Assembly: GCF_009914755.1 (NCBI RefSeq)
Contig: NC_060937.1
Source: the human T2T-CHM13v2.0 reference genome, Homo sapiens
DNA length: 64,000 nt
Direction: 5' to 3' (one strand)
Under the pieces are notes generated by a model. The model was not told the origin of the DNA and made no database searches. It was given only the letters and a program-made list of their open reading frames with translations. Numbering within the stretch: the first letter of the stretch is position 1; every line of letters begins with the position of its first letter. The position numbers were made by a program, and so were the translations under genes. Below are positions 47,520 through 60,809 of the stretch, piece by piece.

Positions 47520-48230
47520 ATCTTCAGATGAACTTTATCAGAAATGAATTACAAATTATATTTTATTTGCAATATATTTATATGAGTATACTCAATATAA
47601 TACGAAGTAATTCCTAAAACCTGCCTGGATGAATCCTGAACTTGGAAAAAACAAACTGTCCTAGCCTTAAGTGATTACTCCAATAAAGCAGCCCAAAGGA
47701 TTGATTCTAGAATCAATGGCTGCTCATTCAAGAACTCAAAAATATAGTTGGCATTGGAAACCAAATATGTTTCTTTGCACGATGCTGAGTTTAAGCAAAG
47801 GTAGGTGAATTTATTGATGACTATAGTTTGTTTAACAAAACCAGTTATTTAAAAATGCAACTGCTTATATTTCTATCCAGAAAGCTGCTCTAAAGGATAC
47901 ATAAAAAATATATTCCCTTATCTTAGTAAAACTTTTCTCATCTGGAAAGTTGAGAATGAAAGAAAAGAAATGTATAACTAGATTTATGAGCAGTGACACA
48001 GAAACAAATGCATTTCCTTTAGGCTAAGCTCCTCTATCTCACATCTCAGCTGCAGATCTTAAAAACAAACTTCTTTTAAAAGTCTGGTTTTATATTTCTT
48101 CATCTATCTATTTTCCCCATGTGCTATATTTGGACTGGAGAATAAAAATCAGTAAAAGTAAATAGTTACAAAAATTGTAGTTATTAAGTTATTAATTTTT
48201 TACATTTTAAGTACCAGTAAAAAATCGTTT

Positions 48231-48533
48231 TTTAACTTTTTTTGTTTTTTTATGACAGGGTTTGCTCTGTCACCCAGGCTGGAGTTCAGTGGCACAATCT
48301 TGGCTCACTGCATCCCCGACCTCCTGAAGCTCAAGCAGTCCTCCCACCTCAGCCTCTTGAGTAGCTGAGACCACAGGTGTCTGCCACTATGCTCAGCTAG
48401 TTTTTGCATTTTTTGTAGAGACCAGGTTTCACCATGTTACCCAGGCTGATCTTGAACTCCTGGGCTCAAGCAATCTGCCCACCTCACCCTTCCAAAATAC
48501 TAGGATTACAGGCATGAGTTACCTCTTCCAGCT
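48231..48533 (-). mobile_element. AluJ
   Basis: Diverged dimer with AluJ-type ctcctgggctcaag. Degenerate TSD agtaaaaaatc / agtaaacaatc. Confidence 0.9.
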
Positions 48534-48754
48534 AGTAAACAATCTTTATACACACTTAAAAACAAGAGGCCTGCATGCTCTAGTAATAGTTTATAAATTT
48601 ATTGAATTCTTATTGCATTGGAAAATTGCCCAGATGTTAGTGGGCAGAAATAGAATATATGATTTATTCCATTTGAATGCAACTCCCGATCTCTATTACA
48701 AACCTCCTTTGATATTTTATTTCCTCAGGAAACTGCACTAGCTTTCTGTGGGGT

Positions 48755-50490
48755 TTTATTTGAAACTTGTGATTGACATATAATAATTGTACGTATTTAT
48801 GGGGTACAACATGATGTTTTGATACATATAAATTATATAATTATCAAATCAGTGTAACTAGCATATCAATTCCCTTAAACATTTATAATGTATTTGTGAT
48901 GAGAACATTCAGTAACCTCTCTTCTAGCTATTTTGAAATGTACAATATATTGTTGTTAATGCCAGTTATTTTACTATGCAGTAGAACACCAGAATTTATT
49001 TTTCTTAACTAACTGTAACTTTGTACCCATTTACCAATCTTTCACCATCCCACCTTCCCTTGTCCTTCCCCTTCTTCTGTTAACCACGATTCTACTCTCT
49101 ACTTCTATGAGAACAACTTTTTAGATTCCGTATGTGAATGAGATCATGCAGTATTTGTCCTCTGTGCCTGGCTTATTTCACTTAACATGACGTCTCCCAA
49201 GTTTTTGCATGTTGCTGCGAATAACAAGATTTCATTTTTTTGTATGGATGAATAGTACTCCATTATGTATATATACCATATTTTCTGTATCCATTTATTC
49301 ATTGATGGACATTTAGGTTGATTTCATATCATGGCTATTATGAATAATGCTGTAATAAACATGAATATAGATATCTCATTGACAAACTGATTTTATTTAA
49401 TTTAGATGAGTAGCCAGTAGTGGAGTTGCTGGATCATATAGTAGTTCTGTTTTTTTTCTGAGTTTTTGATAATGGCTGTACTAATTTACATTCCTACCAG
49501 CAGTGTGTAAGGGTTCCCTTTTCTCCAGATCCTTGCTAGCGCTTGTTTGTGTACCTTTTGATTTTTTGATAGTAGCCATTCTGACTGTAGTGAGGAGATA
49601 TCTCGTGGTAGTTTTGATTTGCATTTTGCTAATAATTAGTGTTGAGAACTTTTTCATATGCCTCTTGGCCATTTGTATGTCTTCTTTTTTTTGGAAGAAG
49701 TAATATTGTTTAAAATATTCATAATATACAAAGCAAGCTACAGATTCAATGCAATTCCTATCTAAATACCAATGGCATTCTTGATAGACATAAAAAAAAA
49801 TCCTAAAACTCATATGGAACCACAAAGCCCATGAATAGACAAAGAAATCCTGAGCAAAAGAAAAAAGGTGGTGGCATCATACTTCTGACTTCAAAACATA
49901 CTACAAAGTTTTAGTAACCAAAACAGCATGCTACTGGCATAAAAAGTAGACATATAGGCCAGTGGAACAAAATAGGAAATCCAGAAATAAACCAATACAT
50001 CTACAACCAGTGGATATTTGACAAGTGTGCCAAGTACACACGATGCAGAAAGGGCAATCTCTTCAATAAATGGTGCTGAGAAAACTGGATATACACAGGC
50101 AGAACAAGAAAACTAGACCCTATCCTATCTCCTACTGTATGCAAAAAGTAACTCATAATGGATTGAAGACTTAAATGTGAGACCCAAAACTATGAAATCA
50201 CTAGAAGAAAACATAGCGAAAAGCTTCATGACATTGGTCTACATAAGGATTTTTTTTTTAGATAAAACCTTAAAAGCACAGGCAACCAAAGTAAATATAG
50301 ATAAATGACATTACGTCAAACAAAAAAGCTTTTAAATGGTAAAGGAAACAACAGAGCAAAGAGACAACCTGCAGAATAGGAGAATATTTTTTGTAAACTG
50401 CATCTGATAAGGGTTTAATATCCAAAACATATAAGGAACTCAAACAACATAACAACAGAAGAACTAAGAACCCTGTTTTAAAATGGGCAA
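48755..50490 (-). mobile_element. L1MA-type LINE-1 with 5' inversion (3' part on -, 48755-49692; inverted ORF2 segment on +, 49691-50490)
   Basis: Orientation switch at ~49691. The two segments are nearly contiguous in L1 coordinates. Degenerate TSD tagctttctgtgg / tagttgcctgtgg. Confidence 0.85.
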
Positions 50491-51649
50491 TAGTTGCCTG
50501 TGGTTTTTTACAGGTACAAAAATGTGCTGTTTAAAGCCACACAAATCCTCTGTGCACTACAATATTGTTATAATTTATTTCTGTTGTGAATTGATTTCTT
50601 TTTTCAGAAAAATATTTCCATGAGGGGAAGGAGATAATATAGTAGTGACAGAGTGACAGCTAAACTGTTCCGCATATGGAATTAATCTAAATTCAGAAGT
50701 TTGAAAGCATTTGAGGAGCTGGGAGATACAAGCAGAGTACTGAGGCTAGGAAGTAGATGCAATCAATCTGTAGCAGATAGGGGAAATGCCTCTTAATATA
50801 AAATTCCTGGCTGTGGGGATGGATGGCCCAATACTCTTACACACAATGGTGTCTAATTTTAATTAGTTATTTTTATTGTGTGATGGGCCACTTTTCCTAC
50901 CATTAAACAAACCCCTGCAAAAGTTACCAAATCAAAAACGTTTTGTGGGAAAGTTGTATTGAAGAAAGCATGGAAAATGAGCTGTTATACATGTAGTTCA
51001 GGGCAGAAAAGGACTCAGCAATGGGAAATCCAATGCGACAGACCAAAAATCCAAAAGCAGTGAGAAATCCAATCCAAATATGACTATCAGAACATAAGCA
51101 TTCAAAGAAATTGTGGAGGATATACTGACTTCCTATAAGACATGGATACTTGGACAGGATAATCCGAGATGATAGTTGCACTCCACAGTTATTGCAAATT
51201 CCTGTAAGCTAGACTTGCCACAGCCTTATAATTTCTTTACCTACACTTCTCTCTCGTTACCAAGCAAACATTACTTTAACCCACTAACTTAAAATGTGTC
51301 AGTGGCTTAAAATCACTCTTGAGATAGAGCCTCTGAATACACCTCTAGCTCCTTCACAACTGTGTCTCTGTAGTCTAGTCACTTTAACCTCTCAAGTTCT
51401 CTGTTGTGCAAATTCCTTCACACCTCAGAACCATGGTCTGTGCTATTATTCGAATACCATCAGCTTTTGTTATCTGATGCTTTTAAGCCTTTTCCTTACG
51501 CATCTCAGCTTTCTTTCCAGATGACAGGAAACTTACTAAGAGCAAGGCATGTATTTCATAATTGGGCAAGTTTTCAGTAATAGATCCATTTATTCCTTGT
51601 GTCTCTGGCCTGTTAAAGGATAAATTCATTTCATGTATGCTCTCTCTCA

Positions 51650-51650
<1 letters not shown>

Positions 51651-51680
<30 letters not shown>

Positions 51681-51916
51681 GACAGAATCTCGCTCTGTCA
51701 CCAAGACTGGAATACAGTGGTATGATCATGGCTCACTGCAGCCTTGAACTCATGGGCTCAAGTGATCACACCATCTATTTTTTTTTCCAACTTTTTGTAG
51801 ACACTGGAGTCTCTCTATTTGACACAAGCTAGTCTTCAACTTCTGGGCTCAAGTAATCCTCCCACCTCAGCCTCCCAAAGCGCTGGTATTACAGATGTGA
51901 GCCACGATGTCCAGCT
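51651..51916 (-). mobile_element. AluJ with an internal deletion and (TTTTC)n tail
   Basis: Alu arms with roughly 40 bp missing near 51767. TSD-like tctctctcatttt / tctctctaatttt. Confidence 0.85.
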
Positions 51917-53438
51917 GTCTCTCTAATTTTAACAACATGAACAGAAGAGAAAAAAATAAATCTTCTGAAGGACTATCACTTAGCATGTTTCTCTGGTGCT
52001 GCCACAACTTCTATATCTGCCTAGGAAAACAATATCACAGATGTCTTTACCTTACCAAGTGTTCCTTGTGAGATTGTTTTTCTTCCTCTCCATCCATGAT
52101 TCAGGGTCCCAGGAGGCAGTAGTTTGTTCAGAAGCCCCATTTCATGAAGCCAATTCAATCTACCGTGAATTGATAGATTGCCTCCTTTTAAACAATTTTT
52201 GAGACTAATTCCATCATGCCTTTTTGCTATGCATATCTGACTTCCAGAAGCCCAAAATTCCCAGAGCATCTGTTGTATTTTACCACTTTACTCTTCTGTG
52301 TATTTCTAACCTGAGCTCTGTAAAACTTTTCCACTGTTCTCTCTGAAACTCCTGTGGAACCACCACCAAGTCCCTATAATTTTCCTTCAAATACGTTTTA
52401 GTTTTTCTACCACCTTTTTACCTTAACTGAAACCTAGCTCCCATGAGAATACCTTTTCCCTGCAGCCCTCTTGGGTGGAGCTGTGTTCATGCTTATACCC
52501 AAAATTGAGTTATGGCTTTAAGGATATATTTAGTAAACATTACAATGAAATGGAGGATATTGATTAGTATGGCCTCCAGGTGTCTTAAATATTTTCAGCA
52601 TCTCTGATTTTTTAATGCCCCAAACACCAAATAAAATCAATGTGGACCCATAGTTGTTGTTGTTGGTTTTTTTTTCCCTCAGCTTCCTATGGTATGAAAA
52701 GGGAAGAAGATGTTAAATGCCTCCCAATCAATAATGCAATCTCTTAATTTCTCTTCTACTCCACAATTCTTTCTAAATTGAGTAGTGTTTTTGATGAGGT
52801 CTGGCATCTAGAAGATGATGAATTTTTAGAGTAATATGTTTTTCTCCTCAAGTGGATAAAATTCAAGCAATAACCTCAATAATTCCCCTTTTGGCGTCCC
52901 AATACAGACTAGGGAAGAATAGCTTCCTTCACATTGGCACTGACTATACAAAATAAGCAGTGGTTTCCACTTCAGATATAAAAAGGACACACTTACATGG
53001 CGCACCAAACACAACCATAGCAAAAGGTCAGAGGAGTTAACACCTGAAAAACTTAAGCAGCTAGCCATTATTCAGAAGAAGATTGAAATGTACATGAAAA
53101 CCAAAGAGGGATTATTAAAGAAATGAAATAATTAAGAAACACACCTATAGCAGCTGTCAGCACCGAGAATGACAGGTTAGCATGAAAGGTAGTTTGAAAA
53201 CTGTAAGTTTGAGTAGGTAGTTAGGTAATATTAAATACCTGCAACCTTCAAATTTGTTTAATTTTGCATCACCAGTTCTTAATTGAAAACTGGTTTCTGA
53301 GAGAATACTGTTTCCTTGCAGCCCCCTTAGGTGGAAGCTAGACTTTCTTCTTACCTCTGTATGTCGGAACTTGAGGGTGGGAATATTGTCGTGCTTGGTC
53401 CTACTATGACTTCCAATCTTTTTTTTTGTCCTTTATAT

Positions 53439-53757
53439 CAGTGGACCCCAACCTTTTAGGCACCAGGGACCAATTTCATGGAAGACAATTTTCCACAGAC
53501 CAGTGGAGATTTGGTGGGGAATGGTTTTGGGATGAAACTATTCCACCTCAGATCATCATTAGTAAAATTCGTATTGGGACCACTCAACCTGCATCCCTCA
53601 CATGCGCAGTTCATAATAGGGTTCGAGCCCCTATGAGAATCTAATGGCACCGCTGATCTGACAGTAGGCCAAGCTCAGTTGGTAATGCTGTCTGTCAGGC
53701 TGCTTACTTTCTGCTGTGTGGCCCTGTTCCTAACAGGCCCAGTGATGGGGACCCATG
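53439..53757 (+). mobile_element. MER1B hAT-Charlie DNA transposon
   Basis: CAGTGGACCCCAACC...GGGGACCCATG termini. 8-bp TSD ctttatat / ctttaaat. Confidence 0.9.
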
Positions 53758-53939
53758 CTTTAAATTACAAATTGTCTTAAAGGACTTACTTTGGCTATAG
53801 CTCCCTGAAGCAATAATTAACAGACCTCCCATTAATTCTTCTCTATTTGTTGAAAACATTAACTCCTCTTCATTCCTTTCTTTCTACCCATACTCATATC
53901 ATCATTCTTGATAATATCAACAGGTGGGAAAAATTCAAC

Positions 53940-54178
53940 AAATAATAATATCCAACACTTTTATAGTGCTTATAGACACAGTTCTAAGAAGTTTATATAG
54001 TTAAACTCATTTGATTGATACAAAAACCCTGTACAGTAGGATCTATTATCTCCATTATACAAACAAAAGAACTGGGACACAGAGACATTCAGCAACTCAC
54101 TGGGTTCCTTCAATAACAGGAAAAGGCAGGATTTGAACCCAAGGATCTGGCCCCAGAGTTTGTGCACTTAGACATTAA
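53940..54178 (-). mobile_element. MIR SINE, near full length
   Basis: ctattatctccattatac...aactgggacacagagacattcagcaact...ggcaggatttgaacccaagg. Confidence 0.8.
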
Positions 54179-55204
54179 CAACCAGTTGATGGTCACAGCT
54201 ATTACTATTTGAATATAGTTGTCATACTTGCACACTTAGTCCCTCCAGGCAAAATAACATTTCCTTTTCCTGTATCCTGCAAATTTAAGAATCCTCATAT
54301 TTTGATTATTTCCATTTTAGATACTCAGTGCTTTCAATCTCCAAAAAATAAACTGTGCTATTTCCAGTGTGATAGAATCAAAGCAAACTAGAATAAGGCA
54401 AATTTATCTGCCAATATGGACACTAATAATTACATTTACATAGCCTTAGCTTACATGAAATTTTAACATCCATAGTGAAATAGATGTAGGAATGCAAAGT
54501 ACAGATTGCATTGAAGATAATATACCAAATTTGAGATATAACTCCCTAAATATTTGTTTAAGCTATGTCATAAATTTGCCTGTGTGATTTTTACTAGCCA
54601 GAATAAAGGGGTAATCAAAATATGCTACATCATTCACAGGTTCATAAGATTAAAGCAACTCATTTTCTCAGGGGAGGCACAACCTTCAGTGAAAATGAGA
54701 TGAGAAAGATGTTTCCCCAATGGTTCCAATTAAGAAAACACTCTGGAATATCATAAACAACCACCTTAACAGCAAAAATGCACAAGCAAAGCACAGAGAC
54801 TCATGGAGATCGTTTCTTAAAATATCCCCCCAAATATAGGGCAATGGGCTTGCACCAATGTGCAAATGAATAAAGTTCTCTAAGGGACTAATACAGTGTA
54901 GTTTTTTAAAATCCTTTTGTTAATTAAATTGGTTTTATTAATTAAATGTATTTACAATTCTCAGGTCATAGTAAAACTCATGTTCATTTTTTTGAATTCA
55001 ATATACCCTAGATATATTTCTCTCTCCATATATTCATTTCTGAAATCTAGATTTTTGTGTGTTACATGAAAGACTAAAAAAGATTACTTCCAATTTTCAG
55101 AAGACAAATAATTTTTGCGAGTCAGATAATGATTCTATTTCATTAAATAGTGGATAAAATAAGAGAGTTAAAGTCATAGTACTATGTTTAAATAACAATG
55201 CACT

Positions 55205-55450
55205 ACATTATAATTAAGACACTGGTCAGAGACCAAACTGGCTACGCTTAAACCCAAACTCTGACTGTTAATAGCTGAGTGAGTTTGGGCAGGTTTTCTT
55301 CTGTCTGTCCCAATTTCCCCATTTACAAAACTGGGATAATATTAGTACATAATTTTATAGGAGTCATAAAAATTAAATGAGTTATGATATGTAAGGCACT
55401 TGGTATAGTAGCTAGCAGAAGGAAAACTCAGTCAATATTAGTTTGCAATG
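55205..55450 (+). mobile_element. MIR SINE
   Basis: tagctgagtgagtttgggcagg...caatttccccatttacaaaactgggataat...tgtaaggcactt. Confidence 0.75.
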
Positions 55451-58400
55451 ATAATGATGATAATTTTCATGAACAAGTTACCTCGTTTTCCTAAATTTTT
55501 CCATTTTCTCATTAGTATAATGGAGATAATACTACTCACATATAGACTTTTTTAAAAAATAAAAATTATAATAAATTACAATATAGAAGATGGCATATTA
55601 ACAGTGTGTATGTAGTTCACTCCCTGGTACATAAGAAGCTATTATTACTGTTATTGTTATTCATTTTCAACAAATTTTATAGCCTAATATTAACAAAGCA
55701 CTTCGCTAGTTCTAGAGCAAAGCAGGACATGAATCTTGGAGGATATTTTTTCCAACTGATCTGTGGAGGAGGGCAGATAAGCAGGACTAGCAGAATTCTA
55801 GCAGCATGTAAAATATTGGATGCTGGAAATAAACATCTGGGCTTTGCTTCTTATCTGGTCCTCAGGTGATTGCAGCTCAGAGTAAGGAAACATAACATGG
55901 TCCTTCCCTAGGGTGTAGAGGCAGCTTTACTCTACAAGTCCAGTCAACTGGCTGTCTTGAGCATGCACGGGATGGTGTGGTCGGTCCACTACCTGTTCTG
56001 GTGCGATCAAGGCTCGGGTTCTAATGCAGGGAAGGGAGGGGTAGGTGGGGCAGAGTTCTTTTCTACCAGGACAAGCCATTTGAACAAAGCAGAGTCCTCT
56101 TGGACTTGCCTCTGACTGAGTGGCTGGATGATCCAGAACTTCTGTTGACCACATTTACCCAGATTTTAAATCTCATCTGAGGCTCATTTGTGAAACATGA
56201 AGGAGTTTAAAAGCAACTGAATGTAGGATGTTGGCACATGCATGCATGCATTTGTGTGTGCCTGTGTGTGTTCATGTACTTTTGAAAATGAAGTGCAGTT
56301 GGGAAGAGAATCTGGAGACAAGAGAGGTGGACTCTGGTGTCAGCATCCTACTTACATGCCACGCAGAAGAAATCAGTTTGAGGATGTAGCCTCTTGTTCC
56401 CAAGAATAACTGTATTTGGATCATCAGGGGATTCTAATTTTAAAATGACTATGGCCAGGCTCTAACAGTAAAGATTAGGAAGCAGCTTGGTCGTCAAGAG
56501 TTTTTTTTTTTTAATTTGTTTTGTTTTCCATGTCTAATATGTAGGCAGTGTTGAAAATCAATGCTTCAGGCAACGAGATGCTGCATAAAGATAATAATTA
56601 GGAAGTAACATGATGTAATTTGCCTTTTTAGAAATATCTGTCAGCAGTGTAGATTAGAAGGGGCACAACTGAACACAGCAGAATACAATTTATTAGAAAC
56701 ATCAAGTTGTTAGAAAACAATCTAAAACCAACAACCAGAAAACAGTTAATTGAGAGGAAATATACCTCCCACTCCATTTCTGTGTTATTCTTCATTGACT
56801 GGATAAATTGAATTGCTCACATGTCAAAGAAGACAGTTTATTTGTGTTTTGAATTATGTGACTCCTAAGGTCTCAACACACTATGATACACAGTGAATTT
56901 TAGTTCCTAGATATAGATATATGTGTGTTTCCTGTTGAACATTAGATGCTACATGTGCATTAAGTTTTATGTACTTAGATTTCCACACAATATATAAAAT
57001 TATATTTTCATTCTTTTGAAACTGTTTATATGTTTATTAACTAACCACAGGAAACACATTTTTTAAATCACAAGTAGCAAGAAGGATATCTATTTAGATG
57101 GAACTTGAACATGATATTGTTGAATTATGGTATATTGAAAGGGTTTGGGAATTATATGGAGAGAAAGTTCCAGCACTAGCTTAATTATGGGAGGGTATTA
57201 TTTAAAATACCCATTATCTAAAGCCATACCTACTTTGCTACATAAATTAAGTATATACTTATTAACGTTTGGAAAGGGTATCTTTTCTTAATTTTTATTC
57301 TTTCCTGACCTAGCATTGAGAACTGAAAATTTACCATTCATTCATTTGGATGAAAGACCTGTTCCAAATTCAATTGAATAAAATGTCAAAAAAGGAAGTG
57401 TGTTAGATACTAAAACCCTATTATTAACTGATTATGTATAAAATTACAACTAAAAGCAAGTAGGTCACTTTATGGGTTACACATTCAAGAGCTAAGTTTA
57501 AATGCACAAAGGGAAAGGTTAGAGAGGGCTATTAAAATAAACAATAAATAATTGCAGGGAACACCTTGAGAGCAAAGAGAAAGGTGAGGCTAAAAGAGAA
57601 AAGGAAATTAAAACCGAATTAAGAGGGTTCTAAAACCAAATGAGAGTTGTGAAGTTTTAGAAGTAGAAAAAACATTAGGGATTTTCTACACAGTTAGTAC
57701 AATTAGTCGGAATCAGCCGTGGGACTCGGACTTACAGCCTTCTCCATCCAAATTCAAAGGTATTTTCTACTCCTTGTTGCCGCCTTTCCTGTATATAAAA
57801 TACTTTTTCTTGAAATATATGAACTCTCTCTCCCCTGACCCCCTGGGCTTGTTTCAGGTCAATATTGGTTATAAAGCTTTGAATTTTAGCAGAAAAAAAT
57901 TTCAGGGCTTCTCTGTCAAATAGATTCATGCCCAAACAACAAAAATGTGATGATCCAGTCTGTATAATAGGAAAAACTATTCTACCTCAAGATTTCCATC
58001 TTTGCCTATAAAGTAGGCATTCCCTCCCTTCAGAATTACAGGGTGCTGGTGAGAAGGAGCTTCTCTTTTCAGAGCATCTCACCTCTGTCTGCACATAACT
58101 GCTACCATTTAAGAAGTGCTTAAAAATACCAAAGTTGGTTATGCTCCCAAATATTCTGATTTAAGTGTTGAACCACGGTTGAAAACCATTACATGGGTGC
58201 ACTTGAGAGAACAGATAGATAAGTCCCTCTGTCTATTCACCTGCACACAATCTTCTCTTCCCATCTTGGGCTGAATGATCAAAATCAGCCCTTGTCTATC
58301 CTAAGAGCCTCTTATCCTAAGAGAAAAATATTTTGTATAATTGCTAAATAAGAAGTCATTGTGTTTAACAATAGTTCATGTTCTTTAAGTTTTTATATCT

Positions 58401-58554
58401 AAGTCAAATATAAATGGGATTTCAGTCAGAAATAAGAATATAATCTTTATCTTATATCAAATTTATATATTATTTATACTAACAGAACTTAAAGCCATCT
58501 CTTTAAAAAAAAGTGAAAATATATAAATGTAGGACTACAGTAGTATCTATATCT

Positions 58555-58588
58555 TCTCTCTCTATATATATATATATATAGAGAGAGA
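58555..58588. repeat. (TC)4(TA)9(GA)4 perfect 34-bp palindromic microsatellite
   Basis: tctctctctatatatatatatatatagagagaga. Confidence 0.9.
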
Positions 58589-58971
58589 GGAAATGTCTTA
58601 TTTCTCAATTAATAGCATATAAATGCATATTAGTATATTTAAGTTGTGCCTTCCAAAAACACTTGTTTGCCAAATAATCAAAATGAGCAAGGATATTATA
58701 ACTAGCAAGAAATTATATAGAGAGCATTCAGAAATGGAAATTTGAATAAACCTATGTGTTGGTTTCCTTAAATAAATCAACAATTCATTTTTAATCATTG
58801 TTTGAGTAAGGTAGCCATTAAATTTTCTTAAACTTGACTATATTTATTCAGATTAATTTTACTTTTTCACTTATGTTTCAGTTAAACCCATAAACCATAC
58901 CCAGAATATTTTATCAACAAGGCATCCTGAATAATTCATACTGGATAATAAAAGGGTAAGTTTATATCTTC

Positions 58972-59022
58972 ATACACACATACACACACACACACAACAC
59001 AACACAACACACATGCGCGCAT
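58972..59022. repeat. (CA)n-type microsatellite
   Basis: Read directly from the sequence. Confidence 0.85.
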
Positions 59023-59407
59023 AACATACATAGTCTATTCAGTAAATACAGTTTGTAGATTTACGATCAATTTGAATGTGCTTGCATTTCCATGGATACA
59101 TAGCCATCTATTGTTCTAGAAAAATGGCAAATGATGCATATATGGTACATATAAATGTGTGTGTGCTTATTGCATACATCCAAGCTGTGACTAGCAATGG
59201 TTTTAAATGGAGAATAAAGCATGCAAGACTTTAGTTCAGGAATTCTTCTTTATTTTGGAAATAACATTAATAAAAGAAAAGTGTCCTGGTTGTTGTCTTT
59301 TTCACTTTTGTAGTCACTGCACACTGACAATTTCGAGTATATGTTTTATCATTCCTACAATATCAGGTCAATCCATGTCTCAACAGTATCTCAACCTTCA
59401 ATGTCTT

Positions 59408-59522
59408 GCTGGAGTGCAGTGGCTATTCACAGGTCCAATCATCGCACAGCCTCAAACTCCTGGGCTCAATTTGTCCTCCTGCTTCAGTTCCCTGAGTAGT
59501 TGAGACTACAGGCACACGCCAT
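59408..59522 (-). mobile_element. FAM/FRAM-like 7SL-derived Alu monomer fragment
   Basis: gctggagtgcagtggctattcacagg retains the 7SL-type CCTGTGAATAGCC segment that typical dimeric Alus lack. Confidence 0.7.
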
Positions 59523-59737
59523 TTCTTGAAGTGGAATGGGTGTGCTCTAGCAAAACAGAGACTGCGATCTTCAACGTCTTCTGTCCTTCGGCTCCAGCAA
59601 AGTCTCCCCTCATGTGCTGCCTCCTTCTCTGCTCTTCTTGATTCAATCAAGGACCCAGATTGCTTTCTGCCTTGCCAGTCAAAAGTCCTCAACAAGTGGC
59701 CATATGAGCCTACCTTCCACAAATCCACAAATATTAT

Positions 59738-60356
59738 TGATATAGTTTGAATGTCCCCTCCAAATCTCATGTTGAGATGTAATCCCCAGTGTTGGATGTG
59801 GGGCCTGGTGGGACGTGTTTTGGTCATGGGGGCAGATTTCTTATAAATGGTTTTGAATCATACCCTTGGTGCTGTCCTTGTGATAGTGAGTAAGTGCTCA
59901 TGAGATCTGGTTGTTTAAAAGGGTGTGGCGGGAGGGGAACATCACACACTGGGGCCTGTCAGGGGGTGAGGGGGCTATGGGAGGGATAGCATTAGGAGAA
60001 ATACCTAATGTAGATGACGGGTTGATGGGTGCAGCAAACCACCACGGCACGTGTATACCTATGTAACAAACCTGCACTTTCTGCACATGTACCCCAGAAC
60101 TTAAAGTATAATTTTAAAAAAGTGTGTGGCATCTTCCCCGTCACTCTCTCTTGCTCCTGCTCTAGCCATGTGACTGCTCCTGCTTCACCATCCAGCACAA
60201 GTAAAAACTTCCCGAGGCCTCCCCAGAAACTGAGCAGATGCCAATGCCATGCTTCCTGTATATCCTGCAGAACCATGACCCAATTAAACCCCTTTTCTTC
60301 ATGAATCACCCAGGCTCAGCTATTTCTTCATAGCAATGCAAGAACGGCTTAATACA
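59738..60356 (+). mobile_element. MSTA-like solo LTR interrupted by L1PA
   Basis: TGATATAGTTTG...caaatctcatgttgagatgtaatcccc...CTTAATACA termini. Confidence 0.9.
59930..60117 (+). mobile_element. L1PA (PA6-PA8-like) ~190 bp 3' end nested in the MST LTR
   Basis: gggaggggaacatcacacactggggcctgt...cagaacttaaagtataa. TSD aaaag(g/t)gtgtggc (59917-59929 / 60118-60130). Confidence 0.92.
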
Positions 60357-60388
60357 ATCACCCCACTTTCATTTCATGTGTATATAAA

Positions 60389-60411
60389 CACACACACACA
60401 CACACACACAC
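60389..60411. repeat. (CA)n microsatellite
   Basis: Read directly from the sequence. Confidence 0.9.
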
Positions 60412-60809
60412 TGCATCTTATTTAACAATGAGGCTTTTTTCAACTATCTGTAACAATGTACAAAATATGAAAAATATGTTTCCTAAGGTGGCATTAATCC
60501 CAAAATGATAAACTATAGAATATTAATCCCAGTAAATTCCTTGGTGTGGAGGTGTGGAAACAGAGGGTGGGGATGAAGCAACTTTCTTTAAAAGTTTTGG
60601 AAGTGTACAATCACAATATATAATAGCATATATCAAGAGTCCTGTATGTTTCATAAATAAATATGTTTAAACTTGTAAATCTAATATATCCTAAAAGGAC
60701 TCATCCATAAATTTATTTTTGTCATCTAACACTACTAAGATCCTTATAAGAAAAAGTTACACGTGTACTCTTGCTTCAGTTATATAAAATTGTTGCCTTT
60801 GACTTCATG

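Noticed and set aside
58555-58588. 34-bp palindrome as a special element
   Set aside because: A common (TC)n(TA)n(GA)n compound microsatellite.
59408-59522. 7SL/SRP RNA gene
   Set aside because: Short, diverged and lacking the S domain. It is an Alu monomer fossil.
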